DNA of 64,000 bases from a virus. Taxonomy: Duplodnaviria; Caudoviricetes. Positions 30,708 to 40,888 of the stretch are shown here, in pieces. The stretch is from positions 1-64,000 of IMG/VR virus record IMGVR_UViG_3300014204_000114. One strand, given 5' to 3'. A program made the translations under genes and the position numbers. The notes below the pieces were generated by a model that was not told the DNA's origin, searched no databases, and saw nothing but the letters and a program-made list of their open reading frames with translations. Positions within the stretch are counted from its first letter, which is position 1, and the number at the start of each line of letters is the position of its first letter.

Positions 30708-31534
30708 CCGAACACATTATGCATAAATTGGGCTTCGTTTCCCAAAGCCGTTCTGACATTGAATCCTGACTGCTGTATCATAGAAAGTGACTGCTGTCTA
30801 ATTGTAGCTACTGTCCCGTAGGGGTCTCTTATAGGAGTGCCGAAATTTATAATTCTTTCTCTGCGCGCTATTGCCGCTCGATTCTGCATTATATCCATGC
30901 CTACTTCAGCTGCAGCAAAAGCCCATAATGTCGGGGAAGTCATTGCGGCTCTCGCGGCAAATCCAACTCCGAATTTCGCTATCGCAAAGCCTCCGGATAA
31001 ACCGCCTCTTATAGCTCTTATACCAGCGGCAGTTCCGCTAACAACTTTACCTGAGCCAGCAGCTCTCGATGCAGTATATATATTCTTAATGTCTGTAGGT
31101 ACGCCGCCTAACCATTTTAGATTGGCCGGGTTAGTAACCTCAACCATACCTTTAGCAGTATTATACCCAAACTGAGCTTCTCCTTCTACGTGACTTGGGA
31201 TAAATCCAAATAGAAAACCGGCGGAAGTTTTAACGTTTTGAAAAGCCGCCCCACGAGAAGCCCAGACAGCATCAGTAATATTCATCCCGCCGAATTTGGC
31301 AGCCTTATACGCCTTGTAAGCAGAGCCTCTTCCCATTGCCATCTCGAAACCGGTCATAAAGACTAAAGGAGAACCTACGCCCTGCCATGCGCCGTTCTCC
31401 ATAGTCCCGGAAATAGTACTATATAAACCTAAGCCGCCAAGAGCCCCACCTATAGCGTACCTACGTCCTATCTTGCTCCCGTTTTTACCGAGCGATGATC
31501 CCCAGGAATCTTTAGCTGCTGTGTATAAACTCAT
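30704..31534 (-). CDS. Gly/Ala-rich membrane-type protein (possible internal/ejection protein)
   Basis: Composition and hydrophobic segments; position in the packaging module. Confidence 0.5.
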   Translation of the reverse strand: MSLYTAAKDSWGSSLGKNGSKIGRRYAIGGALGGLGLYSTISGTMENGAWQGVGSPLVFMTGFEMAMGRGSAYKAYKAAKFGGMNITDAVWASRGAAFQNVKTSAGFLFGFIPSHVEGEAQFGYNTAKGMVEVTNPANLKWLGGVPTDIKNIYTASRAAGSGKVVSGTAAGIRAIRGGLSGGFAIAKFGVGFAARAAMTSPTLWAFAAAEVGMDIMQNRAAIARRERIINFGTPIRDPYGTVATIRQQSLSMIQQSGFNVRTALGNEAQFMHNVFG

Positions 31535-31537
31535 TCA

Positions 31538-32362
31538 TTACCTTCGGTTATGTAAACCAAAAACAAGGCCGCCATCAACATTCATATTATAATGCGGCGA
31601 TGAAGCTTTTCCTCTTAATTGTTTTAAAGATTCAAAAGCGTCAGCGTCGGATATGCCTCTATAAAAAGACCCCATTATACCTTGAGATCCGGAACCCATA
31701 TTCGCTACCATCGAAAGACCGCCATACAAAGATGCTCCTTGAGTCATTGGAGCCCACCTTGGATGATAAGCGTTCATCTTCTTATATTCTCTAAGGTCTT
31801 TATATACCCCCATTTCGTTACGGATACCTAGAGCCATTGGTATTGCAAATGCTGCCGCGGGAGCTAAAACACTTCTTCCATACCATGCCCCTTTTGCCAA
31901 CCCTTTGACTGCCCCAATTCCGGCTCTTCCGCCCCAATACGTAGCCCCGCCAGCTAAACTACCAGCCCCCGCTGTCAAATACTCAAGTCCTTTAAATGGC
32001 ATTGCTGCCGCGCCAGCGCGAGCCCCAACACCCTTCATAAATGCCCTAGTCGGACTCATCCCAGATTTAGCGAAGTTGTTTGCCGCGTTTATAATCCCAG
32101 GCGACGTCTTAAGACTAAAAGCTGCACCGGCTAGTCCTAAAGCCCCTAAGCCTACCGCGGTAGACCCCGGGTTATCAGAAAAACCAATTCCAGCTGCCGC
32201 TCCGGCACCAAGAACTCCCCAGCCAGCCGCTTTTAAAGCAGTTGGGCCAAGACCAGATATAGCACTACCAATTGCAGCACCGACACCGATGCCAGCCGCG
32301 CCCACCCCTACTACAGGAGCAGCTGCCCCTAATGCTAATTTGGCTAGAGTCCGTTCTATCAT
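31538..32362 (-). CDS. Gly/Ala-rich membrane-type protein (possible internal/ejection protein)
   Basis: Glycine-zipper-like hydrophobic stretches. Confidence 0.5.
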   Translation of the reverse strand: MIERTLAKLALGAAAPVVGVGAAGIGVGAAIGSAISGLGPTALKAAGWGVLGAGAAAGIGFSDNPGSTAVGLGALGLAGAAFSLKTSPGIINAANNFAKSGMSPTRAFMKGVGARAGAAAMPFKGLEYLTAGAGSLAGGATYWGGRAGIGAVKGLAKGAWYGRSVLAPAAAFAIPMALGIRNEMGVYKDLREYKKMNAYHPRWAPMTQGASLYGGLSMVANMGSGSQGIMGSFYRGISDADAFESLKQLRGKASSPHYNMNVDGGLVFGLHNRR

Positions 32363-32363
32363 A

Positions 32364-35300
32364 CTATGCCTTTATATGCTTTCTCCCGCCATCTTTACCA
32401 TTCATCCACATTACTACTGTGGCGTCTTTGGTAAGATCGGCAGAAAACTGCTTTCTTTCTCTGTTTTTAAGTCCATTAATAGCCATCTCTTTATCCGCAC
32501 TCGAACTAGTCTTACTTTTTATTGTATCAAATTTCTTAGAAGTAGCAAAGTTGATCGTTCTCGAATACTCGGCCATGACTGCCGGGATCTTTGGTTCGGA
32601 TGTAGTTTCGCTAACTAAAGCCGTGACTTTCTTATCAGTATTAACATTATAGACGTTTTGAGAAGCTGTAAACTCAGCTGAAGCTGAATTAGGTAAGTAA
32701 ACTTCTGAAGGTCTCGCGGATTCGGTAGTGTAACCCGTCTTTATAGGATCGTTATATACCCCCTGCTGACGTTCTCCCCAACCACGAGAAGCTACTGAAG
32801 TAGAAGCCAGTATTTGGGAGCTTACGTCGGCGCCTATTCTATAGCCGGATCCAAAGTCAGTCTGTTCCTTTCTGCTGTCTCCGGACATACCAGATTCGCC
32901 AAGCCCTTCCATTATATTAACAGAATGACCTCTTCTTCTAGAAGCTCTTATTGCTCCCAGGTTTGAAGGCATGCCGCGCTTCGTTTTCTGAAAATCCTCT
33001 AAAGCCCACTTATATTGGGTCTCCGCGGATACTAAAAATTCCTTCCAACTTCTATGCTTCCAATAATTCTCTAAGGCTGATTCTTGCGGAAACTCATTCC
33101 AATCTATACCTCTTTCTTCCGCCATTACAGCCATAGCATCACGCTGCGCCATAAAGTTGCTTACTGCCTGTTTATAAAGAGTGTCGTCTGTTTTCCATCT
33201 AAAAGTTATCGGTTCTGCGTTAGGGTCTTCCATAGGATAATAGTTAATACTAGCATAAGGAAGATTCATCGTTTTAGCGTACCAGTTAGTCTGCAAGATA
33301 TGAGACATATAAGGCTTTTGGTTTTTCATCATGGTCTCATAACGGCCTTTCGTTAGAGACTTGATATCCATGACTTCATTTTCGAATACTACGTCGGCAT
33401 AACTCCTGACTCTTAAAATAGGATCTTCCACTAAGACTTCAGATTTTGCGCCTTTCTGTTCGAACCGTTTTTCTAATAGTCTATGATATGCAGTACCAAG
33501 CTCCATAGACGCTTTAGAATAAGGACTTTGCTCTTCTTCTTTCTCTCCTGTGATACCGGCTATTCTTCCGAAAGCGACTCCTTTCGCAGGATGCCCTACG
33601 GTAGAAGCACCTAACCATACGTTATATGGTCCCGGGTTATCATCCATTAGTATTTCTACAGAGTTGTATAATCCTCTATAACCAGAACCAAAGTCGGTCA
33701 TCTTTCTTCTTCTCTGAGAAGCGTAACCGTCATGCCTCAGAGCCTCTATAGTATTATAAGCATCATCTTTCGCGGAAATATATCCCGGCACAGTATTAGC
33801 TTGAGTGTTCCTTTGAATATCTTTTCTTGTATTGCCAGGGATCCCAGCGGCGTGGACATTTCTAGTTACTCTTTGTTTCCACGGAGTTCTAGAAGTAAAA
33901 ATGCGCCCGACTTTTCTTTCGGATTGGAATCTCTTGCCTTGAATGGTCCTCAGATCTTCTCCGCGCTGGACTTGGTTCAAAGCAGTACTTTGATAATAGT
34001 TCGACCTGAACGGATAACTTACATCTTTATACTTAGCCGATACATAAGAGAAGTTGTCGCCTTTTAGTATCCGGACATTCTCTCTATTAAAGCTCTGCCC
34101 GGATAAATTAGAGGGAAGATCGGTCGTTAATAGACCGGCATCTTCCGTCGTTCTTAAGCCGAGCTTGCCTTCTTCTCCGGCATACCCCATTTCTCTAAGT
34201 ATATGATCATTATTGGTTTCTATGCTAGGAGCACGATTAAAAATATTGTCGTATAGCGCAGTTACCGCAACAGCTCCAGCGACGCCAATAGCTAATCCCG
34301 ACGGCTTTATATACCCTTTGCTTAAAGTGGAAATATTTCCGGCAACACCACTAAAAAATCCAGAAACTGCAGATGTAGCTGTAGTTACTGTAGAAGAAGG
34401 AGATATTAAAGTCGGTGCTATATTTTTAGGAGCTGTTATAGCCGCCGCTGCTATTTTTTGCTTAGTAGCTGTATAAAAAGCCTGAGCGTCTGGAGGTAGT
34501 CCCGAAAAGTTCTTGTCGAAATACGATTCATATTGCCACGGGATTTTAGGTAATTCTTTTCTGGCTAGAACCTCATCTACTTTGGTCCCTGTTTTGTATA
34601 ATTCAGCTAAGAGCCATGCTCTTTTTTCGTCCTGAGAAAAACCTCCAGCCCGGGCGGTACTTAATAAGAATGGAAGAGCTTCCCTTGTATACCTAACGTC
34701 TATAGCCGGGTTATGAGCACCAGCTTCATATATAGCTCTTACGTCAGCAAGAGTTTTGATTTTAGAAGCGTTCGCTGCGGCGAGCATTGATTCGAGAGAC
34801 CACCCGCGCATTATTTTAGTATCGCCCTGTAGTAACTGAGCTATATGTAATTCTTCGTCTATTTGAGTCTTTAGGAATCCGAGCTCTTTAAGAGGAGAGA
34901 TTATGGACGCTTTTGCAAGTTTAGCAAGATCGAAGTATCTTTGTTGGGCTTTTGTTGTTGTTTTTTGATGGAACAGATTAATTATAGCAGGAAGAAGTTT
35001 AGCTCTTTCTTGGGATCTTGCCGCCTGAGATATTAAAGCGGGCTTATCGAACGACTCGATATTATGACCGACTATAACGGCATCCTGATCAAGCATTATC
35101 TTTGCCGCGTCGTCAGCAAACTCCAGCATCATCTTATCGATACTACTAAATGTCTTTAGAGCGCCGGTTTCTGCTTGATTCAACGCCAGACTAGCTTTTG
35201 AGCTTGCAGCTAGATACTTCCCCTGATCTATCTTATAAAATTTCCCTTTCCACTGTCTGTAGAACGGATTCTTTTGGTTTGTCTGTAGAATGCCCTCAGC

Positions 35301-35657
35301 TTCAGGGACCTCTTCGAGTCCTATAACATTTTTGATCGTAAATTCAGAAACATCCCCTTTTTCAACAAGATCCCAAGTAGCTTCCGGAGAGAGAGAATAA
35401 AGAGTTGTTTTGCCTTGATAGTGAAGACCTATCTGGATGACATCTACGTCTTTGGCGCCGGTTACGGCGTTTTTGCTGAATCTAGATGCGGACTTGAGGC
35501 TTTTTCTGCCTGTTGTGGAAGAGCCTAATTTTTCCTGATCCGGTAATCCCGTAGTTTCAACGTCAACAAATGCAACTTTACCCAGAGCTTGCTGAGAGTT
35601 AACAAGCTTGGATATAATGTCCGCGTCGGGCTTTCCGAATAAGTCTAAAAAGCTCAT
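32364..35657 (-). CDS. 1097-aa multidomain nuclease: DEDDh 3'-5' exonuclease + PD-(D/E)XK (Cas4/RecB-like) domain
   Basis: FVDVETTG, VGHNIESFD, AHNPAIDV; GTAYH...YADVV...MDIKS...QTNWY; two TDFGSGYR repeats. Confidence 0.8.
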   Translation of the reverse strand: MSFLDLFGKPDADIISKLVNSQQALGKVAFVDVETTGLPDQEKLGSSTTGRKSLKSASRFSKNAVTGAKDVDVIQIGLHYQGKTTLYSLSPEATWDLVEKGDVSEFTIKNVIGLEEVPEAEGILQTNQKNPFYRQWKGKFYKIDQGKYLAASSKASLALNQAETGALKTFSSIDKMMLEFADDAAKIMLDQDAVIVGHNIESFDKPALISQAARSQERAKLLPAIINLFHQKTTTKAQQRYFDLAKLAKASIISPLKELGFLKTQIDEELHIAQLLQGDTKIMRGWSLESMLAAANASKIKTLADVRAIYEAGAHNPAIDVRYTREALPFLLSTARAGGFSQDEKRAWLLAELYKTGTKVDEVLARKELPKIPWQYESYFDKNFSGLPPDAQAFYTATKQKIAAAAITAPKNIAPTLISPSSTVTTATSAVSGFFSGVAGNISTLSKGYIKPSGLAIGVAGAVAVTALYDNIFNRAPSIETNNDHILREMGYAGEEGKLGLRTTEDAGLLTTDLPSNLSGQSFNRENVRILKGDNFSYVSAKYKDVSYPFRSNYYQSTALNQVQRGEDLRTIQGKRFQSERKVGRIFTSRTPWKQRVTRNVHAAGIPGNTRKDIQRNTQANTVPGYISAKDDAYNTIEALRHDGYASQRRRKMTDFGSGYRGLYNSVEILMDDNPGPYNVWLGASTVGHPAKGVAFGRIAGITGEKEEEQSPYSKASMELGTAYHRLLEKRFEQKGAKSEVLVEDPILRVRSYADVVFENEVMDIKSLTKGRYETMMKNQKPYMSHILQTNWYAKTMNLPYASINYYPMEDPNAEPITFRWKTDDTLYKQAVSNFMAQRDAMAVMAEERGIDWNEFPQESALENYWKHRSWKEFLVSAETQYKWALEDFQKTKRGMPSNLGAIRASRRRGHSVNIMEGLGESGMSGDSRKEQTDFGSGYRIGADVSSQILASTSVASRGWGERQQGVYNDPIKTGYTTESARPSEVYLPNSASAEFTASQNVYNVNTDKKVTALVSETTSEPKIPAVMAEYSRTINFATSKKFDTIKSKTSSSADKEMAINGLKNRERKQFSADLTKDATVVMWMNGKDGGRKHIKA

Positions 35658-36403
35658 TTATCGAATGAGTCGACATCAATAACCGATTGGTCCGCAAGGT
35701 CCTTTACTTTAGCCGTAACGGCATTCACGTTAACTAAGAATTTAGCCATAGCTGTAGAAGCATCAGAGCCATCGGTCTTTTTAAGAGCCGCCTCCCTTTT
35801 ATACTTTTCTTGTCTGTCGCCAACCAGAAGTTTTATTATCCTAGACCTTCTGGCTTTAAGCCTTTCTTTTGCTTCCCAAAGAGGATTGACGCCGAGCATG
35901 GAAATCGGCTCTCCTTCTTTAGTCACTCCTACGACATTTTCGGTTACCATCTGCGCCATGTCCGGTTCAGCCATTGCCATAGTCGCCCTTAACTCCAAAA
36001 CATCAAGTTCGGCCAGCTCATTAGCCATACCGACTTCAGTAGGAGACATCGGATCGACTCCGTACTCATTTATATAACCTTCGCGCCAGACCATAAACAA
36101 AGAAACTTCCATAAAGCACTGTTTGCCCATTGGAGCTTTATTCATCTGCGCGAGAGGACAATTCTTTCTAAACACTTCAGGACATTTTGGACCGCCGCAC
36201 TTTAATGGCACCATAGCCTGAAGACCGGTCTTAAGATGAGCCAGATGGACCTTTAGCTTCTGCTTTTCTTCCGGAGTTAACTGTATTGACTCGTACGAAT
36301 CAATAGTAGTTTCGACGTTTTTTAAAAAAGCCTTCTTATCTAGCCCTTCATCTCTGACAAGGTTAGTATCTATGGAGACTAATGCTTTTACTTCGTCACT
36401 CAT
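35654..36403 (-). CDS. Probable terminase small subunit
   Basis: Helical ELAELD...NPLWE...R segment, Cys cluster, upstream of the packaging genes. Confidence 0.5.
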   Translation of the reverse strand: MSDEVKALVSIDTNLVRDEGLDKKAFLKNVETTIDSYESIQLTPEEKQKLKVHLAHLKTGLQAMVPLKCGGPKCPEVFRKNCPLAQMNKAPMGKQCFMEVSLFMVWREGYINEYGVDPMSPTEVGMANELAELDVLELRATMAMAEPDMAQMVTENVVGVTKEGEPISMLGVNPLWEAKERLKARRSRIIKLLVGDRQEKYKREAALKKTDGSDASTAMAKFLVNVNAVTAKVKDLADQSVIDVDSFDK

Positions 36404-36660
36404 CTGTAATTTATCGTCACAAAAACAGGGTTATCTTTCTTTGCCGCCTGTTCAGTTTTCATTCTCGCTTCCATTAAGTCAAACGTCTGAGCCGCAGCCG
36501 AATGATCTAAAGAAACGACTATGTCATCCTTATCGTAAAGAATGACAGAAGTGTCACTTAAGGACAATACCTTATATTCCTTCCCGGCCAGGAACCTAAA
36601 TTCCTTAGTTATATAATCGTAAACTGAGCTTTCCAAACATTTCACAAAAACGTCTTCCAA
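36400..36660 (-). CDS. Hypothetical protein
   Basis: TTG start, in operon. Confidence 0.6.
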   Translation of the reverse strand: MEDVFVKCLESSVYDYITKEFRFLAGKEYKVLSLSDTSVILYDKDDIVVSLDHSAAAQTFDLMEARMKTEQAAKKDNPVFVTINYR

Positions 36661-36661
36661 G

Positions 36662-36898
36662 TTATATTCCTTTCTTTTCCAATTCTATTATATCATTAAA
36701 AATCTTCTTGATTCTATCTTTTAATTCCGGGAGGTCCTCTCTTAACAAAAGAGCATAAGCTTTAGCTGTATACGCGCAGTCTAGTTTCTTTTCTGACTTT
36801 GTAGCGAAATGAACGAATTGATTAATGTGAGATCTTTCGATCCTATCTTTTAGGTCATTGAGTTGTTGCGAAATTTGCAAGTACTCGTACAATTTCAC
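36662..36898 (-). CDS. Hypothetical protein
   Basis: GTG start overlapping the upstream stop. Confidence 0.6.
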   Translation of the reverse strand: MKLYEYLQISQQLNDLKDRIERSHINQFVHFATKSEKKLDCAYTAKAYALLLREDLPELKDRIKKIFNDIIELEKKGI

Positions 36899-37074
36899 TC
36901 CCCATTTGTGAACTTAGTAGTTAGCCTGGCTAATCCCTCTTTAGTATATATAGGAGAACGAACTAAACGTAGCAAGTCGGAATACTTCTTCATTCTATTG
37001 TATGATACTGCTTCTTGTTTAGAAGTGTCAGGCTTTTTAGGCTGATTTGTATTCCTAATCCTTCGTCTGCTCAT
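36895..37074 (-). CDS. 59-aa basic protein (not in ORF track)
   Basis: MSRRRIRNTNQPKKP...NGE*; fills the gap, GTGA overlap with the next gene. Confidence 0.55.
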   Translation of the reverse strand: MSRRRIRNTNQPKKPDTSKQEAVSYNRMKKYSDLLRLVRSPIYTKEGLARLTTKFTNGE

Positions 37075-37468
37075 ATTTCTTTACTGAATTGACTTTCCAG
37101 TCGTTAATAATCTGATAAGCTCTTTCTCTTAAAAAGTCCGTTTTCTTAGTATCTGAAAAGACGTAATCCCCCAGTTTGTTTATCTTACTGGAGAGTTCGG
37201 AGCATATATCATCAAAAGCCTCTTCTACTTTATCGTCTTCCAAAAGAGCCCAAAATGAATTCGACTCTTTAGTCTCCGACATCCACTCTTTTAAAGTAGT
37301 GCTGACTTGTGACTTCACCGCGGAAATACTATTATTATCTTTAACTCCGGAAGCAACTAACCCAGCTGTAAATAAATCAAAAAGTTTAAATATCAAACTT
37401 GGAGTTTTAACTTCTTTAGTAGAAAATAGATCAATCTCAATAGTCTTTAGAATTTTAGCTTTGTCCAA
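37055..37468 (-). CDS. Hypothetical protein
   Basis: TTG start with AAGGA RBS. Confidence 0.65.
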   Translation of the reverse strand: MDKAKILKTIEIDLFSTKEVKTPSLIFKLFDLFTAGLVASGVKDNNSISAVKSQVSTTLKEWMSETKESNSFWALLEDDKVEEAFDDICSELSSKINKLGDYVFSDTKKTDFLRERAYQIINDWKVNSVKKYEQTKD

Positions 37469-37491
37469 TTCCTTTTCCTTTAGAAAAATTA

Positions 37492-38193
37492 TCAGCCGTA
37501 AGGACGACCTGTAGAACGAATACGATTATATGGGCCCGACGTCACCGATTTGCTAGGAGACATTAAAGCCCCACCAACACCTGCAGCCCCTGTTAATGCC
37601 GCACTCGAAGCATAAGATCCCGCCATATTTGCATAAAGTTTAGCCCTGCCTCCACTATAACGGTTCAGAGCTCCATTGCTTTTCATAAAATTACCAACTT
37701 TAGCTCCCATTTTTCCCGAGAGCGCAATACCTTTATTTGAGGAAAGGCCATATCCGCCAGCCCCGCCAAGAGCAGCGCCAGCAGCAATACCTCCCAAAAC
37801 AGAGTTTCCACTCATAAGAGACATTAGGCCTCCGGCAGCGCCACCAGCAACGGCCATTCTGCCAGCGTATCCCAAATCTCCAAAACCTTTAGCCTTACCT
37901 ATTAATCCTGCTAGTCCTCCGCCACCAGAAGAAGCTCCAGAGGCCGCACTAATAGCGGCGTTGATTGCGCCTCCTCCTCCACCTCCACCTGCAGCGGCTG
38001 CAGCAGGAGTTATAGCAGGTGCTACTGTTTTTGCGCCGCCAGCACCAGCCCCACTTAAAAAGTCACCCATTGCCGCCAAAGCTCCCCTATTAGCAGCTAC
38101 GTCAGCTCTTATAGGAGCAACTGCGCCTTCGGCTGTGGCCATAAACCTCTGAGCCGCTCTAATAGTATTTCCTTTTGGCATCCGCGCAGGCAT
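37492..38193 (-). CDS. Gly/Ala-rich low-complexity membrane-type protein
   Basis: AAAAAGGGGGGG run, glycine zippers, GAGGAG RBS. Confidence 0.65.
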   Translation of the reverse strand: MPARMPKGNTIRAAQRFMATAEGAVAPIRADVAANRGALAAMGDFLSGAGAGGAKTVAPAITPAAAAAGGGGGGGAINAAISAASGASSGGGGLAGLIGKAKGFGDLGYAGRMAVAGGAAGGLMSLMSGNSVLGGIAAGAALGGAGGYGLSSNKGIALSGKMGAKVGNFMKSNGALNRYSGGRAKLYANMAGSYASSAALTGAAGVGGALMSPSKSVTSGPYNRIRSTGRPYG

Positions 38194-38245
38194 AATTATC
38201 TCCTCTTAACGGGTATAAAACCCTCTAACTCTACTATAAAGTATT

Positions 38246-38602
38246 TTAGAGATTAGTCAATCCCGTTTTCTTTAATTCTTCCAGAACCTTTTCGTCGGTA
38301 ATTTGCATTAGAGGTTTAGAGCAAGTACAAAGGACGTAGTTCTTTTTATTTACATCGTACCCCTGATATCCCCTGCCGAAACATCTAGGACAAGAAGTTT
38401 TTGGTTTTCTTTTGCAGAAATAATGAAAATCACCGTTTTCTAACTTAAGAGTTAATACATAACCCCTACGAATGAAGTTTACTATCTTCTCTACTTCTTC
38501 CCTTTGCTTCTGGATATCTGAAACTGCAGGAGCCGGGACTCCGTTAGGATCTAAAATTGTTACTGTATCTTCTAGAACTTGGTAATAGTTCGCGTTGTCC
38601 AT
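38246..38602 (-). CDS. Zn-finger protein
   Basis: CPRCFGRG...CTC. Confidence 0.6.
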   Translation of the reverse strand: MDNANYYQVLEDTVTILDPNGVPAPAVSDIQKQREEVEKIVNFIRRGYVLTLKLENGDFHYFCKRKPKTSCPRCFGRGYQGYDVNKKNYVLCTCSKPLMQITDEKVLEELKKTGLTNL

Positions 38603-38603
38603 A

Positions 38604-39473
38604 TTATCCCTCTAAAAATAATAGGTTATTTGATATAAATCCGGCTGCACCTTTGTGCCCGCCGCCTCCATAGAGTTTGGCTATTTCGCCACAGTGAATT
38701 TCTAGCTTAGTTGAATATAACGAAACTGTCCACTTTTTATCTTTGTTCATCTGGAAAGCTATCATTATGTCATAATCGGTTTCATTATAAATACTATCAA
38801 AGAGTTGTGAACCTCCGCCGCCATTGAGACAAATAGCTTTTAGGTTATGAAAGGTTGTCGGAAACGCTCCATATTTACATCTATTAGCGTTTTGCGTATT
38901 CGTATACCTTTCGATTGTTTCACCACTTTTGACAATATCCGAAAAAGCACTCGTTCTGCCTTTTCCGTCGTTAAATAATAACTCCCATATTGGAGAGTTG
39001 TATTTTAACCCTAATTCTCGCATTCCCATTTGGAAAGATTTGCAATTTGGGATATCTTTCCATTTCCAAATGTCCCATCGACCCAAATAATAAATAGCCA
39101 TCGGCATTTCTGCGCCGCCGTGAATATATTCCCAAGTTAATTCACAGCCAGCCTTATCGTTATTTAAAACCATGGCAAGCGAAGTAAGGGGTATAGTGTT
39201 TTCTTTTGCCGCTTTGATTGCGGTGTCATGATGGTCAACCCATATCAAGTCGCACACATTCGCCAATTTAATCATGCCGTTTATTGGCAAACTGAAATCA
39301 ACCATATAGACAAGTTCTTTTTGACCAGATGGTAACGGTTTTATATCATCCCAAGGAAAAATATCGCCGTAATTTATCCCGTAAAAGTCGCACGGTTTAC
39401 CCTGATTGTTTTGGTAAATTATTGCCGCGCTACAAATTCCGTCAAGGTCTGCATTATGGTAAAATACTTTCAT
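38604..39473 (-). CDS. DHH/DHHA1 phosphoesterase
   Basis: YHNADLDG, VDFS, VDHH, GGGGHKGAAGF. Confidence 0.9.
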   Translation of the reverse strand: MKVFYHNADLDGICSAAIIYQNNQGKPCDFYGINYGDIFPWDDIKPLPSGQKELVYMVDFSLPINGMIKLANVCDLIWVDHHDTAIKAAKENTIPLTSLAMVLNNDKAGCELTWEYIHGGAEMPMAIYYLGRWDIWKWKDIPNCKSFQMGMRELGLKYNSPIWELLFNDGKGRTSAFSDIVKSGETIERYTNTQNANRCKYGAFPTTFHNLKAICLNGGGGSQLFDSIYNETDYDIMIAFQMNKDKKWTVSLYSTKLEIHCGEIAKLYGGGGHKGAAGFISNNLLFLEG

Positions 39474-39474
39474 A

Positions 39475-40020
39475 CTATTCCTCTACGTAATTACGAATTT
39501 TTAGAGATTCGATGCACTCCTCGCGCCAGGTTTTAAATTCCTCACCTATGGGGGTACTCAACAAGTCTATACTCACAGTTATAGCCTGAGGTCCTTCAGC
39601 GCCCCAATCAACACTTACATTCGTGAAGCCTGAAGTCGGAGTTCCATCCTGGTTAAAGCAGAACGTCTTTCTCCTCTTATCAAAAGGATTAAACGAAACA
39701 GCTATAACAAAAGGCTCAATCGAAGGGAATTCGTACTGCGGGAGCGGAATATCCATCTGGTCTAAATCCTCTATCCCTTCTTTTCCTCTCGAAATAGCCT
39801 CCTTAATCTTTTCTAGATTAACCCCAAATATCCTTCTGGCGTCAACCCAATCCGGGGTATTAGTCGAGTCGAAACTAATTAAAAGCTCGTCCCCAAATAT
39901 CATAGCTTCAGCATCAACATAAGCTCCCTTAGAATCTCTTATAGTCGGATAAAGAATCCCGTACTTATCCATCTCAAATCTTATTTCCATAGCATTAAAC
40001 TTAAACCGTTTCGAAAACAT
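39475..40020 (-). CDS. Hypothetical protein
   Basis: AAGGAG RBS; DSKG-x-x-V motif shared with 45865-46524. Confidence 0.65.
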   Translation of the reverse strand: MFSKRFKFNAMEIRFEMDKYGILYPTIRDSKGAYVDAEAMIFGDELLISFDSTNTPDWVDARRIFGVNLEKIKEAISRGKEGIEDLDQMDIPLPQYEFPSIEPFVIAVSFNPFDKRRKTFCFNQDGTPTSGFTNVSVDWGAEGPQAITVSIDLLSTPIGEEFKTWREECIESLKIRNYVEE

Positions 40021-40031
40021 CTTTTTCTCCT

Positions 40032-40217
40032 TTATATAACTTCAACCCTAGCACCCTCAGTTTCCACACTTTTTCCGTTTTTGTCTAAACCATTGGAATT
40101 ATTAGGTTTTTCTTGCGCGCTTTCTCCTGAAACAACAACTTCATTTTCAATGATCCCGTATACTTTTCCTATTATAATAGCCCCGCAATGAGGGCATTTA
40201 ATTTCTACTTTCCTCAT
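40032..40217 (-). CDS. Small protein with CPHC motif
   Basis: ATGA overlap; IKCPHCG. Confidence 0.55.
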   Translation of the reverse strand: MRKVEIKCPHCGAIIIGKVYGIIENEVVVSGESAQEKPNNSNGLDKNGKSVETEGARVEVI

Positions 40218-40870
40218 TTTTTACTATCGAATAATTCAATTAATCCTTTTGTACACGCGTCAAAATCCCCGCGCTCTATTATTTTATAGTCGAACTCTTC
40301 CTCGTCCAGCACTTCTTTAATGTAACTTTGGATTCGTGCGCGAGTCTGCTGTTTCTTTACGTGGTTTAGACTATCACCACTTAAATTACCTACTAAAATA
40401 TCATTTTGAGAGTTAGGTCCGAAAGCTTCGAGTTCTTTATCGTAATAAAGAATATACTCAACTTCCTCCGCCTTATTTGCTTCCTGAAGATCCCATATTC
40501 CGTAAGAGAAATCCATGGGTTCTTTTTCGAACGCGAATTTATTATCCTCTATAAACATCCTTGTATAGGCCAGGACGTCTATTATGCTTCTATCCGCGAT
40601 AAAGTTTTCGTTTTTAGCTAAACTGTGTTTTAAGGACCAGTTATAATAGTAGAATAAAGCCAGTTCGAAGTTTGTGTGGATCTCCGCGGAGTCTTCCCTT
40701 TCTACAGTTGAAGTTTCTACCCAGTTATAACCATAATAATCAATCCAATCCCTGGACTGTTCTAAGATGTAATTGACTTTTATGTTTCTGTTCGAACACT
40801 CTTTGACTACATTTTTAACTAACGTAGTCTTCCCAACTCCATGAGTTCCTGAAACTATAACTCCTGCCAT
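40214..40870 (-). CDS. P-loop nucleotide kinase-like protein (NadR/Ttd14 AAA_28-like)
   Basis: GTHGVGKTT Walker A; DRSIID-x-x-AY. Confidence 0.75.
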   Translation of the reverse strand: MAGVIVSGTHGVGKTTLVKNVVKECSNRNIKVNYILEQSRDWIDYYGYNWVETSTVEREDSAEIHTNFELALFYYYNWSLKHSLAKNENFIADRSIIDVLAYTRMFIEDNKFAFEKEPMDFSYGIWDLQEANKAEEVEYILYYDKELEAFGPNSQNDILVGNLSGDSLNHVKKQQTRARIQSYIKEVLDEEEFDYKIIERGDFDACTKGLIELFDSKK

Positions 40871-40888
40871 TTCTATTCCCTTTCATTT

